Assembly: GCA_964630525.1 (NCBI GenBank)
Contig: CAZVUY010000002.1
Location: 33,760-97,759, forward strand
DNA from: an uncultured Candidatus Saccharibacteria bacterium
GTDB taxonomy: Bacteria; Patescibacteriota; Minisyncoccia; Phycocordibacterales; WO2-35-19
DNA: 64,000 nucleotides
Direction: 5' to 3'
Shown here piece by piece: positions 36,887-45,223 of the stretch; positions within the stretch are counted from its first letter, which is position 1; every line of letters begins with the position of its first letter. The notes under the pieces were generated by a model. It made no database searches and was not told the DNA's origin. It worked only from the letters and a program-made list of their open reading frames with translations. The position numbers and the translations under genes are program-made.

Positions 36887-38273
36887 AATTTTTGATATGT
36901 TTTTTGGCAAAAGTGGTTTTGGTTGCCTCGAGCCACTTTCTGTTTGGTTTGGCGTTTTTGCTTGTTATTATCTCAACAATCTCACCTCCTTTTAAAATAC
37001 TATCGATCGCTGAAAGTTTGCCGTTTATCTTTACGCCGGACATTTTGTTGCCTATATCCGAGTGGATTAGGTAGGCGAAGTCGATAGCGGAGGCGCCGAC
37101 CGGTAGGTCGATGACGTCACCTTTGGGAGTGAATACGAATATTCGTTCACTCAAGAAATCGGTTTTGATTTCGTCTGGATTTTTGCCGCTGATATTTTTG
37201 ATCCAGTTTTCTATTTCCTTTTTGTTGGTATTTTTATCACCCTCTGTTTTGTAGCTAGCATGAGAGGCGACACCATACTCCGCTTCTCGGTGCATTTCTT
37301 CAGTTCGGATTTGGATTTCGACTAAGTCTCCATCGCCGGTGAAAACGGTGGTGTGCAGACTCTGATAGCCATTTTGTTTTGGAAAAGCGATATAGTCTTT
37401 GATCTTGCCGGGTACTGGTCGCCAAGTCGAATGGATGATCCCTAATATTTTGTAACAATCTTCAGTTTTGCTTACCAAAATCCTCATTGCCAAAAAATCG
37501 TAGATCTTGTCGATATCCTTTTTGTATTTCAAATATTTTTTGTAAGCACTGTAGAGTCCCTTGACTCGATAATCAGAATGGAAGTCGGTAAAGCCAGATT
37601 TGACTATCTCTTTGGTGACTGATTTTCTAAACTTTTCCAATTTTTGCACTCGTTCCTCGTAATCTTTTTTTATGAGGTTAGAAATTTCAAGATACCCCAC
37701 TTTATTGGCGTAGGGAAAAGAAGAATCCTCCAAATCTCTCGAGAGTTTGCGGATACCCAAGCGGTAAGCGATCGGCGCATAAATCTCGATTGTTTCTTTG
37801 GCGATACGTTCTTGTTTCTCCTTGGCTACAAATTGAAGGGTTTTTACATTGTGCAGTCGGTCACAAAGTTTAACCAGGATCACCCTGATATCTTTTGAGG
37901 TGGCGATCAGGAGTTTGCGCAAAGATTCGTTGTGGCGGTCGGTGCCGTGATATCTTAAGTTGCCAAGCTTAGTCACTCCTTCGACGATAAAACGTACTTC
38001 TTTGCCAAAATTTTTTTCTAAAGTTTCGGCATTTACCTCGGTATCTTCTAAGACGTCATGCAGCAATCCAGCGACGACCGTGGTTGCGTCGGCTCCAATC
38101 GAAGCAATATTTTTAGCCGTTTCCACCACGTGATAAAAATAAGGTTCGCCGCTGTTTCTCTTTTGCCCCGCATGAGCTCTTTCGGCAAATTCGTAAGCTT
38201 TTTTTATTAGATCAATTTCAGTTTCAGTGTGTCGCTGAAGCAAAGAGAGGAGGTTGTTTATATCTGTCCCCAT
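36876..38273 (-). CDS. RelA/SpoT family (p)ppGpp synthetase/hydrolase (HD-SYNTH-TGS)
   Basis: HAGQKRNSGEPY, LLHDVLED, DRLHN, RVKGLYS, YQSLHT, EIQIRT and FVFTPKGD (TGS) motifs. Confidence 0.95.
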   Translation of the reverse strand: MGTDINNLLSLLQRHTETEIDLIKKAYEFAERAHAGQKRNSGEPYFYHVVETAKNIASIGADATTVVAGLLHDVLEDTEVNAETLEKNFGKEVRFIVEGVTKLGNLRYHGTDRHNESLRKLLIATSKDIRVILVKLCDRLHNVKTLQFVAKEKQERIAKETIEIYAPIAYRLGIRKLSRDLEDSSFPYANKVGYLEISNLIKKDYEERVQKLEKFRKSVTKEIVKSGFTDFHSDYRVKGLYSAYKKYLKYKKDIDKIYDFLAMRILVSKTEDCYKILGIIHSTWRPVPGKIKDYIAFPKQNGYQSLHTTVFTGDGDLVEIQIRTEEMHREAEYGVASHASYKTEGDKNTNKKEIENWIKNISGKNPDEIKTDFLSERIFVFTPKGDVIDLPVGASAIDFAYLIHSDIGNKMSGVKINGKLSAIDSILKGGEIVEIITSKNAKPNRKWLEATKTTFAKKHIKNFKY

Positions 38274-38305
38274 GCTTCATTATACGCATTTTTATAAATA
38301 TTTTG

Positions 38306-40549
38306 TCAAGCTTTTTTGGTTTTGCGCCGACCAAATTTTTTAGGTTCCTTCAGTATTTCTAGGGCGCGAGGAAGGTCGATGCTGTAGACGTTATCTGTTT
38401 TCAGTGAGCGAAAATCTTTTTGGTGGACAATGTAAGGTCCAAATCTGCCAATGTTTGCGCTAATCATCTCGCCAGTTTCCGGGTGTACTCCAAGTTCTCT
38501 CGGTAAACTTAGATAGTGCAAGGCGTCTTCCAGTGTCACCATCTTTGGGTCTTTGTCTTTTGGTATACTAGCTCTTCTTGGCTTCTCTCTCTTTACCTTT
38601 TTGGGCTTTTTTTCTTTTTTATCCGCACTATCAGCTTTTAGCTCTAAGCTCTCAGCTTCTTTGCCACCCAATTGTACATACGGTCCAAACCTGCCATCCA
38701 TCACAAAAACTGGCAAACCACTTTTTGGGTCGATGCCCAAACTTTCGGCCTCTTTAATTTCACTGCCGTCAATATTGCGCATACCCTTACAATCAGGAAA
38801 TCTTTCGCAGCTTAGGAATTTGCCGCTTTTGCCAAGCTTGACTACCATTCTAGAGTCGCAAATTGGACACTTTAGTTTTGGATCAGCTTCACCTAGAGTT
38901 GTGAGCTTGGCGGTTTTTTCTTTCTCTTTTACTTCTTTAATAAATGGTTTGTAAAAATCTCTCAAGGTTGGCTCGTATTCTCGCTTGCCTTCTGCGATCT
39001 CGTCGAGCTCGTCTTCCATCTCAGCGGTGAAGGTGTCGCTGATATATTTTTCAAAATTATCTTCTAGGAAGGTAGAGACCACGTCGCCAGTATCAGTCGG
39101 CTTCAAAGTGCGCCCATCTTTCTCCACATAACCTCTCTCCACAATGGTATTGATGATTGAAGCATAAGTGGATGGTCGGCCGATACCCCTCTTTTCCAGT
39201 TCTTTGATCAAACCAGCCTCGCTGTATCTGTTTGGTGGCTCGGTTTGTTTTTGGGTGCTCTCGATGTTTAGAAGAGAGAGATTGTCCGCCACTTTGACTT
39301 GAGGCAATATGGTGTCTTCACCTTTGGCTTGCGGATCGGCGAGCAGCCAACCTTCTCTTATGACTCTTGAACCGGTAGCAGCAAAGTCAGGTGTCGGCCC
39401 ATTTGTACTTGTTACTTTGGCAGTGATCTTGGTCCGCATCGTGAGAGCATCCTGCATTTGACTGCTCACCGTCCTCTGCCAAATGAGGCGGTAAAGTTTT
39501 TTCTGATCGTCGGTGGTACCGGCTACTTCTTTTTCAAAGTGAGTTGGTCGGATTGCCTCATGAGCTTCTTGAGCGTTTTTGGATTTGTTTTTATAAACTC
39601 TGGTCTGATGTAAATCGGTGGAGAATTTTTTGGTCACTACATTTTTTATTTGAGCGAGAGCGACCTTAGCTAGGCTCAAGCTGTCGGTACGCATGTAGGT
39701 GATATGGCCAGCTTCATAAAGTTTCTGAGCAGCCATCATAGTCCTTTTTGGAGAAAAGCCGAGGCGAGTTGAAGCCGCTTGTTGCAAAGTGGAAGTGGTG
39801 AAGGGTGGTCGAGGTTGGCGTTTGACTTCCGATTCGACCACCTCTTTAACTGACCAACTACCATTTTTAGCAGACTCATAAATCCGATCCGCTTCTTCTT
39901 TGGTTTTTGGCTGTAATTCGCATTCTGTTTCAAAATCCTCTCCTTTGTTGGTGCGAAGTTTGGCACCGATTACAAAAAAAGTTTCCGGCTTGAAAGCTCG
40001 GATTTCTCTTTCTCGTTCCATAAGTATTCGCAAAGCAGGGGATTGGACTCGACCTGCCGAAAGGCCGTAACGCACTTTTTTCCAGATCAGACCAGAGAGG
40101 TCGTAGCCGACTAGTCGGTCAAGGACTCGGCGCGCTTCTTGGGCTTTGCGCAAATTTTGATCAATCGACCGCGGATGTTTGAGAGCCTCCTCGATCGCCT
40201 CTTTGGTGATCTCATGATAAGTCACCCTTTTAATCTTGGAGCCGTTCAAATCACCTTTGATGATTTGGGCAAGATGCCAAGCGATCGCCTCTCCTTCACG
40301 GTCGGGGTCGGTGGCGAGCAGAATCTCATTTGATTTTTGGGCCAACTTCTTTATCTCTTCCACTACTCGTTCTTTGCCTTTGGAAATCTCGTAGTGGGGA
40401 ATGAAGCCGCCTTCGATATCGATCGCCTTTTTGTTGGATTTTGGCAAGTCGCGCACATGACCAACACTTGCGACCACGTTGAAATCAGGACCGACATATT
40501 TGCCGATTGTTTTGGCTTTGGCGGGCGATTCGACGATTAAAAGTTTCAT
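38306..40549 (-). CDS. topA: DNA topoisomerase I
   Basis: IVESPAKAKTI, ATDPDREGE, SAGRVQS, ITYMRTDS, GIGRPSTY, one Zn ribbon and Topo_C GRFGPY repeats. Confidence 0.98.
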   Translation of the reverse strand: MKLLIVESPAKAKTIGKYVGPDFNVVASVGHVRDLPKSNKKAIDIEGGFIPHYEISKGKERVVEEIKKLAQKSNEILLATDPDREGEAIAWHLAQIIKGDLNGSKIKRVTYHEITKEAIEEALKHPRSIDQNLRKAQEARRVLDRLVGYDLSGLIWKKVRYGLSAGRVQSPALRILMEREREIRAFKPETFFVIGAKLRTNKGEDFETECELQPKTKEEADRIYESAKNGSWSVKEVVESEVKRQPRPPFTTSTLQQAASTRLGFSPKRTMMAAQKLYEAGHITYMRTDSLSLAKVALAQIKNVVTKKFSTDLHQTRVYKNKSKNAQEAHEAIRPTHFEKEVAGTTDDQKKLYRLIWQRTVSSQMQDALTMRTKITAKVTSTNGPTPDFAATGSRVIREGWLLADPQAKGEDTILPQVKVADNLSLLNIESTQKQTEPPNRYSEAGLIKELEKRGIGRPSTYASIINTIVERGYVEKDGRTLKPTDTGDVVSTFLEDNFEKYISDTFTAEMEDELDEIAEGKREYEPTLRDFYKPFIKEVKEKEKTAKLTTLGEADPKLKCPICDSRMVVKLGKSGKFLSCERFPDCKGMRNIDGSEIKEAESLGIDPKSGLPVFVMDGRFGPYVQLGGKEAESLELKADSADKKEKKPKKVKREKPRRASIPKDKDPKMVTLEDALHYLSLPRELGVHPETGEMISANIGRFGPYIVHQKDFRSLKTDNVYSIDLPRALEILKEPKKFGRRKTKKA

Positions 40550-40799
40550 CCTGTTAGTGAAAAAATGGCATTGCTTTTTGAAAAGCCACCATCTTGTTTT
40601 TTTAACTTGTAATAAACGATATAATCAACATTTTAATTTAACCCTAATGAAAAAGCTTTTCCATGCCATTTTCTACTACAGGATTCATGTTTAGTTAAGA
40701 ATAAAGAAAAATAAAATAAAAAGCAAAAAATGCAAAAGAAAAAGCGTCCAACTCCTCTCGCTTGCGCGTAGAGTCGTTGGACGCTCGGCCGTATTGTTG

Positions 40800-41333
40800 T
40801 TAGTAATACGGCCGTCCATTTGTGCCGATGATGTCACGGTTCTGGAACACGAAGTCCCGAGAGCCGTAGCGACTTCGGAAGTTTGAGGACACTGATACCG
40901 TCCGGGGACGGCTGATCCCCATATACTGCCCCGGCCTACAGGAGACATTCTCCTGGTTGCGAGTCCGAGAGGTCCGACCGCTCGTGATACTGCCGCTTGG
41001 CGGGCAGTACGCTTTTACTACTAGTGACACTGTCCGCCGATTGTGCCACTGGAAGTAACTTAGTGGCACCGAGTCTCCGGTCTGGAGTTGCAGGTGTGCA
41101 AATACAGGCCGGTTTTTCTCACCGGTTGCCAATTGAAGCTCAACTGGCAAGCCGTCCTCCTGGGGTACCAGTAGGAAATCGGAGTTGTTGTGTATTGATC
41201 GTGTTTCGGTCGATATGCTCACGCGTGTCCGTGAGTGGACCGGCGGGTAGGCAGCGATGCGCCGGGTGGCGCAGCCGCCCAAAAAAACAACGAAAATCAA
41301 GGCCAACAAAGTGGCCGCTGTATTCTTTTTCAT
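40800..41333 (-). CDS. hypothetical lipoprotein (ORFan cassette)
   Basis: Lipobox-like FLGGC after a hydrophobic signal; SD GAGGAG; TATAAT promoter; terminator at 40742-40786. Confidence 0.7.
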   Translation of the reverse strand: MKKNTAATLLALIFVVFLGGCATRRIAAYPPVHSRTRVSISTETRSIHNNSDFLLVPQEDGLPVELQLATGEKNRPVFAHLQLQTGDSVPLSYFQWHNRRTVSLVVKAYCPPSGSITSGRTSRTRNQENVSCRPGQYMGISRPRTVSVSSNFRSRYGSRDFVFQNRDIIGTNGRPYY

Positions 41334-41409
41334 GGTACTCTCCTCTACCTCTAATTATAGCATAGTATAAAATAAAAAGCAAGGGGGAGGGTTGGGAGGG
41401 GATTAGACA

Positions 41410-42309
41410 TTATGTAAGTCTAATTTCGCCTAGAGTTTCTTTGATAAGACCTTTGAGTTCTAGTAGTGAGAGGAGCATTTGGGTTTCGCTGGTCGGAGTC
41501 TGGTGCTCGTCTTTCATGGTGCGGAGTATTTGGTCTCTCGGTAGTGGCTCGCTCAAAATTTTGATAACTAGCATTTCTTTTTCGGAGCAGTCGAAATATT
41601 TGGTATCGTCCGCTGTGGTGTTGGTGGAAGCGGACTGATTTTCCAAATGTAGCGCTTCCAAAATATCGTCGCTCTGGCGGATCGGGGTGGCACCGAGGCG
41701 TATCAGAAGGTGCGGCCCTTCACCGGTTGTATTGAAAATACTGTGGGGGACAGTGAGCACGTCGCGGTTGTATTCGGTCGCCAGTCTGGCGGTGATCAGG
41801 GTGCCAGACTTTTTCTCTGCTTCGATCACCAAGGTGGCGTGGCTCATGCCAGCCATGATTCGGTTGCGCTGGGGGAAACTCCAATAAGTCGCTTTGAACT
41901 CCGGTTCGAATTCATTGAGCAGAGTGCCACCCTGCTCAACTATTTTTTGAGCCAGCAAGGCGTTGGATTGGGGATGCAATACTTCGAGTGCGAGGCCGGA
42001 GCCGGGTACGGCGATGGTTGGCAGGTTGTTCCTGAGGGCGGCTTCGTGAGCCAAAGCGTCGATACCAAGGGCAAGACCGGAGACGATGCTGACCGGGTAA
42101 TTCTTCAGGCCGTCGATCAAACTTGAGACCACCTCTTTGCCGTAACCAGTGTATTTTCGAGCGCCGACTACGCAGAGTAATTTGCGGCTCCAATCGGGCA
42201 ATTGCCCGGCATAAAAAAGTTTTTCCGGCAGCTGGTTGATCTCTTCAAGCAGTGGCGGCCAGTTTGAACGAGTGAGAGTTTTTATTTCGTATCGAGCAGT
42301 ATTTGCCAT
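41410..42309 (-). CDS. dprA: DNA-processing protein DprA
   Basis: VVGARKYTGYG, IVSGLALGIDALAH, FPQRNRIMAG and SGTLITA motifs; adjacent to topA. Confidence 0.96.
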   Translation of the reverse strand: MANTARYEIKTLTRSNWPPLLEEINQLPEKLFYAGQLPDWSRKLLCVVGARKYTGYGKEVVSSLIDGLKNYPVSIVSGLALGIDALAHEAALRNNLPTIAVPGSGLALEVLHPQSNALLAQKIVEQGGTLLNEFEPEFKATYWSFPQRNRIMAGMSHATLVIEAEKKSGTLITARLATEYNRDVLTVPHSIFNTTGEGPHLLIRLGATPIRQSDDILEALHLENQSASTNTTADDTKYFDCSEKEMLVIKILSEPLPRDQILRTMKDEHQTPTSETQMLLSLLELKGLIKETLGEIRLT

Positions 42310-42333
42310 TTCACATTTATCATAACATTTGAT

Positions 42334-42401
42334 AAGCTAAGAGCTAAGAGCTTTAAACTCAGAGTTTATACTCTAAGCTTTTAGCTTTAAACTCTAAGCT
42401 T
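42334..42401. repeat. inverted array of 7-bp AGCT-core repeats
   Basis: aagctaa gagctaa gagcttt aaactca gagtt / actcta agcttt tagcttt aaactct aagct, between divergent dprA and serS. Confidence 0.75.
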
Positions 42402-42402
42402 C

Positions 42403-43722
42403 ATGCTAGACATCAAATTTATTCGCGAAAATGCCGAGCTCGTCGAACAGGGTGCCAAGAAAAAGCACATCGATTTTGATGTTAAAAAATTGATCGAAGC
42501 CGACGATCGTCGCAAAATTCTCAGTCAACAAGTCGAAGAGAAGCGGGCTATCCAAAACAAAGTAAGCAACGAAGTCGCCAAAGCGATTCAGGCTCAAAAC
42601 TTTACCGAAAAGGAGAGATTGGTGAGAGAGATGCAGCCACTCAAGGAAGATTTGCAAAAACTTGAAGAAGAATTGAAGGTGGTGATGATAGAGTGGCAGA
42701 AGCTGATGGTCTCAGTACCCAATATTCCTGATATGTCAGTACCGGATGGTGATGATGATAGTCAAAATGTTGAAGTTAAGAGTTGGCCCGCCCGCCACGA
42801 TGGCGAATCGGGCGGGGGTGAAAGACCAAAATTTGATTTCGTACCCAAAGATCATATTGAGCTCATGGAAAAGTTGGATTTGGCTGATTTTGAAACAGGA
42901 GCTAGTGTCGCTGGGTTCAGGGGTTATTTCTTGAAAAATGAGGGAGCGGAACTGGCGTTTGCTCTTTGGCAGTTTGTTGCCGATCATTTCAGGAAAAATC
43001 ATCCCGAATATTCGGCTATGCTCGCGCCTTCTTTGGTGAGACGGGAGACACTGCTTGGCACCGGCTACTTGCCTCAGGGTGAAGATGATCTTTATAAAAC
43101 TCAGGACAATGACTACTTGGCTGGGACCGCTGAAGTGGCGACGATGAGCTACTTTGCTGATAAAGTGCTGGACAAAAAAGATTTGCCGATCAAGCAGCTC
43201 GCTTTCTCCCCGGCTTTCCGGCGAGAGGCGGGTAGTTATAACAAAGATGTGAAAGGTTTGTACCGAGTTCATGAATTTATGAAATTTGAACAGGTGATCC
43301 TCTGCGAAGCGTCGCATGAGGAGAGTGTCAAATATCACGAAGAACTTCTCAAAAATGCCGAAGAGCTCCTGCAAGCACTCGAACTCCCTTATCACGTGGT
43401 GGTCAACTGTGGTGGTGACTTGGGGTTGGGGCAGGTGAAAAAATACGACATTGAGACTTGGATTCCTTCGAAAAATAAATATGGTGAGACCCATTCCTGC
43501 TCTTATTTCCACGACTTTCAGACCAGGCGACTCAATATCAAATATCGCGATACTGACCAGAAACTCAAATTTGCTCATTCGCTCAACAATACTGCTCTGG
43601 CGACTCCGAGAGTCTTGATCCAAATCATCGAAAACAATCAACAGGCTGATGGCTCGATTTTGATCCCCAAAGTCCTGAGACCTTACTTGGGCGGCAAAGA
43701 GAAAATTTCTCCAAAACTTTAG
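42403..43722 (+). CDS. serS: serine--tRNA ligase
   Basis: MLDIKFIRE, YLAGTAEV, FRREAGS, GLYRVHEFMKFE, KYDIETW and HSLNNTALA motifs. Confidence 0.98.
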   Translation: MLDIKFIRENAELVEQGAKKKHIDFDVKKLIEADDRRKILSQQVEEKRAIQNKVSNEVAKAIQAQNFTEKERLVREMQPLKEDLQKLEEELKVVMIEWQKLMVSVPNIPDMSVPDGDDDSQNVEVKSWPARHDGESGGGERPKFDFVPKDHIELMEKLDLADFETGASVAGFRGYFLKNEGAELAFALWQFVADHFRKNHPEYSAMLAPSLVRRETLLGTGYLPQGEDDLYKTQDNDYLAGTAEVATMSYFADKVLDKKDLPIKQLAFSPAFRREAGSYNKDVKGLYRVHEFMKFEQVILCEASHEESVKYHEELLKNAEELLQALELPYHVVVNCGGDLGLGQVKKYDIETWIPSKNKYGETHSCSYFHDFQTRRLNIKYRDTDQKLKFAHSLNNTALATPRVLIQIIENNQQADGSILIPKVLRPYLGGKEKISPKL

Positions 43723-43735
43723 AAGTTTACGTTTT

Positions 43736-43889
43736 CCTAGCCCGCAAAATAGCTTCTCTTGCTCGATACGAAAATTTTCTGCTGAAAATTTTCTTGTCCT
43801 CAGCTTTAGAGCAGCTTCCCCGACCGAATCGCTTCGCGACTCGAAGCGGGCGGGCGGAATCTCGCTCGAGAACTATTTTGCGGGCTAGG
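43736..43889. mobile_element. MITE-like palindromic element with a nested REP
   Basis: 17-bp terminal inverted repeat cctagcccgcaaaatag; homologous in reverse to 49781-49898, with an extra cccgaccg...cgggcggg hairpin at 43819-43854. Confidence 0.75.
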
Positions 43890-43926
43890 CTACAAAATGA
43901 AAATTTTCTGAGGTATAATATTGACA

Positions 43927-44748
43927 ATGTACACCAAAAGTCGCCACAGAGGCGCTTCTGACCGGATCGCTCGCAGACGTCGGGCCAAACAAAGCGCCAC
44001 CCTTTTTTTTAAAAGCGCTGTTTTGTTATTTATTTTGGTTGGTGCTGGTTTTTTGTTGCGCGCCGATTTTCTCAAGGTGCGTGAGTTTAAAATCGAAGGC
44101 GCGCTCTCTACTCCTGTCACTGATCTCCAAAATATGGCGGCTGCATTGGCTTCCGGCACTCGCTTGGGTCTCTTGCCTAAGTCGAATATTTTGATTTTCG
44201 ATGGGGAAAATCTGACTCGTACTATATTGGAGAAATTTACTCGACTCGAAAAAGTAGAAGTAGACAAAAATATTTTTAGTCGCAAGGTGGCAGTGAAGGT
44301 GGTTGAGCGGGGAGCGGCATATCTATGGTGTTCTGAAAACGAAGAATGTTTTTTTATGAGCGGAGACGGCCTAATTTTTGAAAAAGTTTCTCCTGAGAAA
44401 TCTGCTGAAGCAGCGGGCAAAATAATTTTTAAGGGCAAGTTAGCTGGAGCACCCTTGCTCGAACATTTTGAAACTAGAGAGCGGATGAAAAATTATACCA
44501 ATCTTTTTGAAGTACTCTCGAAAAACCAGATCAATATCACCGCTGTCAATTTTGAATTGCCGGACAAAGCTGTCGCCGCTACTAACCTCGGGTCGATCAT
44601 TTTCAATCCGGAAGAGAAAGATCTCTCCGAAGTGGCTTTGAATATCGTCCTCCTGATCGAAGATTTGAAAGCCAAAAATCCTACTCCTCATTTCGAATAC
44701 ATCGACGCTCGCTTCGGCAACAAGATGTTTTATAAGGTCCAAATATAA
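43927..44748 (+). CDS. FtsQ/DivIB-like cell division protein
   Basis: Basic N-terminus, one TM, POTRA-like region, C-terminal YIDARFGNKMFYK. Confidence 0.75.
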   Translation: MYTKSRHRGASDRIARRRRAKQSATLFFKSAVLLFILVGAGFLLRADFLKVREFKIEGALSTPVTDLQNMAAALASGTRLGLLPKSNILIFDGENLTRTILEKFTRLEKVEVDKNIFSRKVAVKVVERGAAYLWCSENEECFFMSGDGLIFEKVSPEKSAEAAGKIIFKGKLAGAPLLEHFETRERMKNYTNLFEVLSKNQINITAVNFELPDKAVAATNLGSIIFNPEEKDLSEVALNIVLLIEDLKAKNPTPHFEYIDARFGNKMFYKVQI

Positions 44749-44783
44749 AGCTCGCGGGAAAAAATTTTGCTATAATTTAAGGC

Positions 44784-45185
44784 ATGTCAGAAGCGTATGA
44801 GAGAGATTCTTTTTTGGTCGCTTATTTGAAGTGGCACTATGTGCGGGGTTTGGCTGAACTTTCGGCCGTCGCCGAAAATTTCCTTTGGTTTGTGAGCCAT
44901 TTCTTTTCTTTCAAACTACTCTCCAGAACTCTTTTCAAACCCTGGAAGCGTCTCGGCGAACATTATGGAGGAGGGTTTGATATCGAAGCTTTCGCTTCAG
45001 CGGTTTTGGTCAATTTTTTGATGCGAGTGGTCGGTCTGTTTACTAGATTGGTGGTCCTAGTGATCGGGAGCTGCTGCTACCTTGTGGTGCTACTCGCTTC
45101 TCTTTTGATGCTTGCAGTCTGGCTGTTGGCACCAGCTATTCTCTTGGGAGGAGCAGTGCTCTCAGCGACTTTTTTTGCAATTTAA
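44784..45185 (+). CDS. conserved membrane protein upstream of the Clp-like ATPase
   Basis: YLKWHY...FFSFKLLSRTLFKPWKR followed by TMs. Confidence 0.75.
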   Translation: MSEAYERDSFLVAYLKWHYVRGLAELSAVAENFLWFVSHFFSFKLLSRTLFKPWKRLGEHYGGGFDIEAFASAVLVNFLMRVVGLFTRLVVLVIGSCCYLVVLLASLLMLAVWLLAPAILLGGAVLSATFFAI

Positions 45186-45223
45186 ATTATGTCTTATTTT
45201 CCTAAAATAGTTCTTGAGCGAGT

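Noticed and set aside
42736-43641. 301-aa minus-strand ORF (also 55881-56642 and many shorter ones)
   Set aside because: These lie antisense to serS, atpD and other clear genes and have no motifs.
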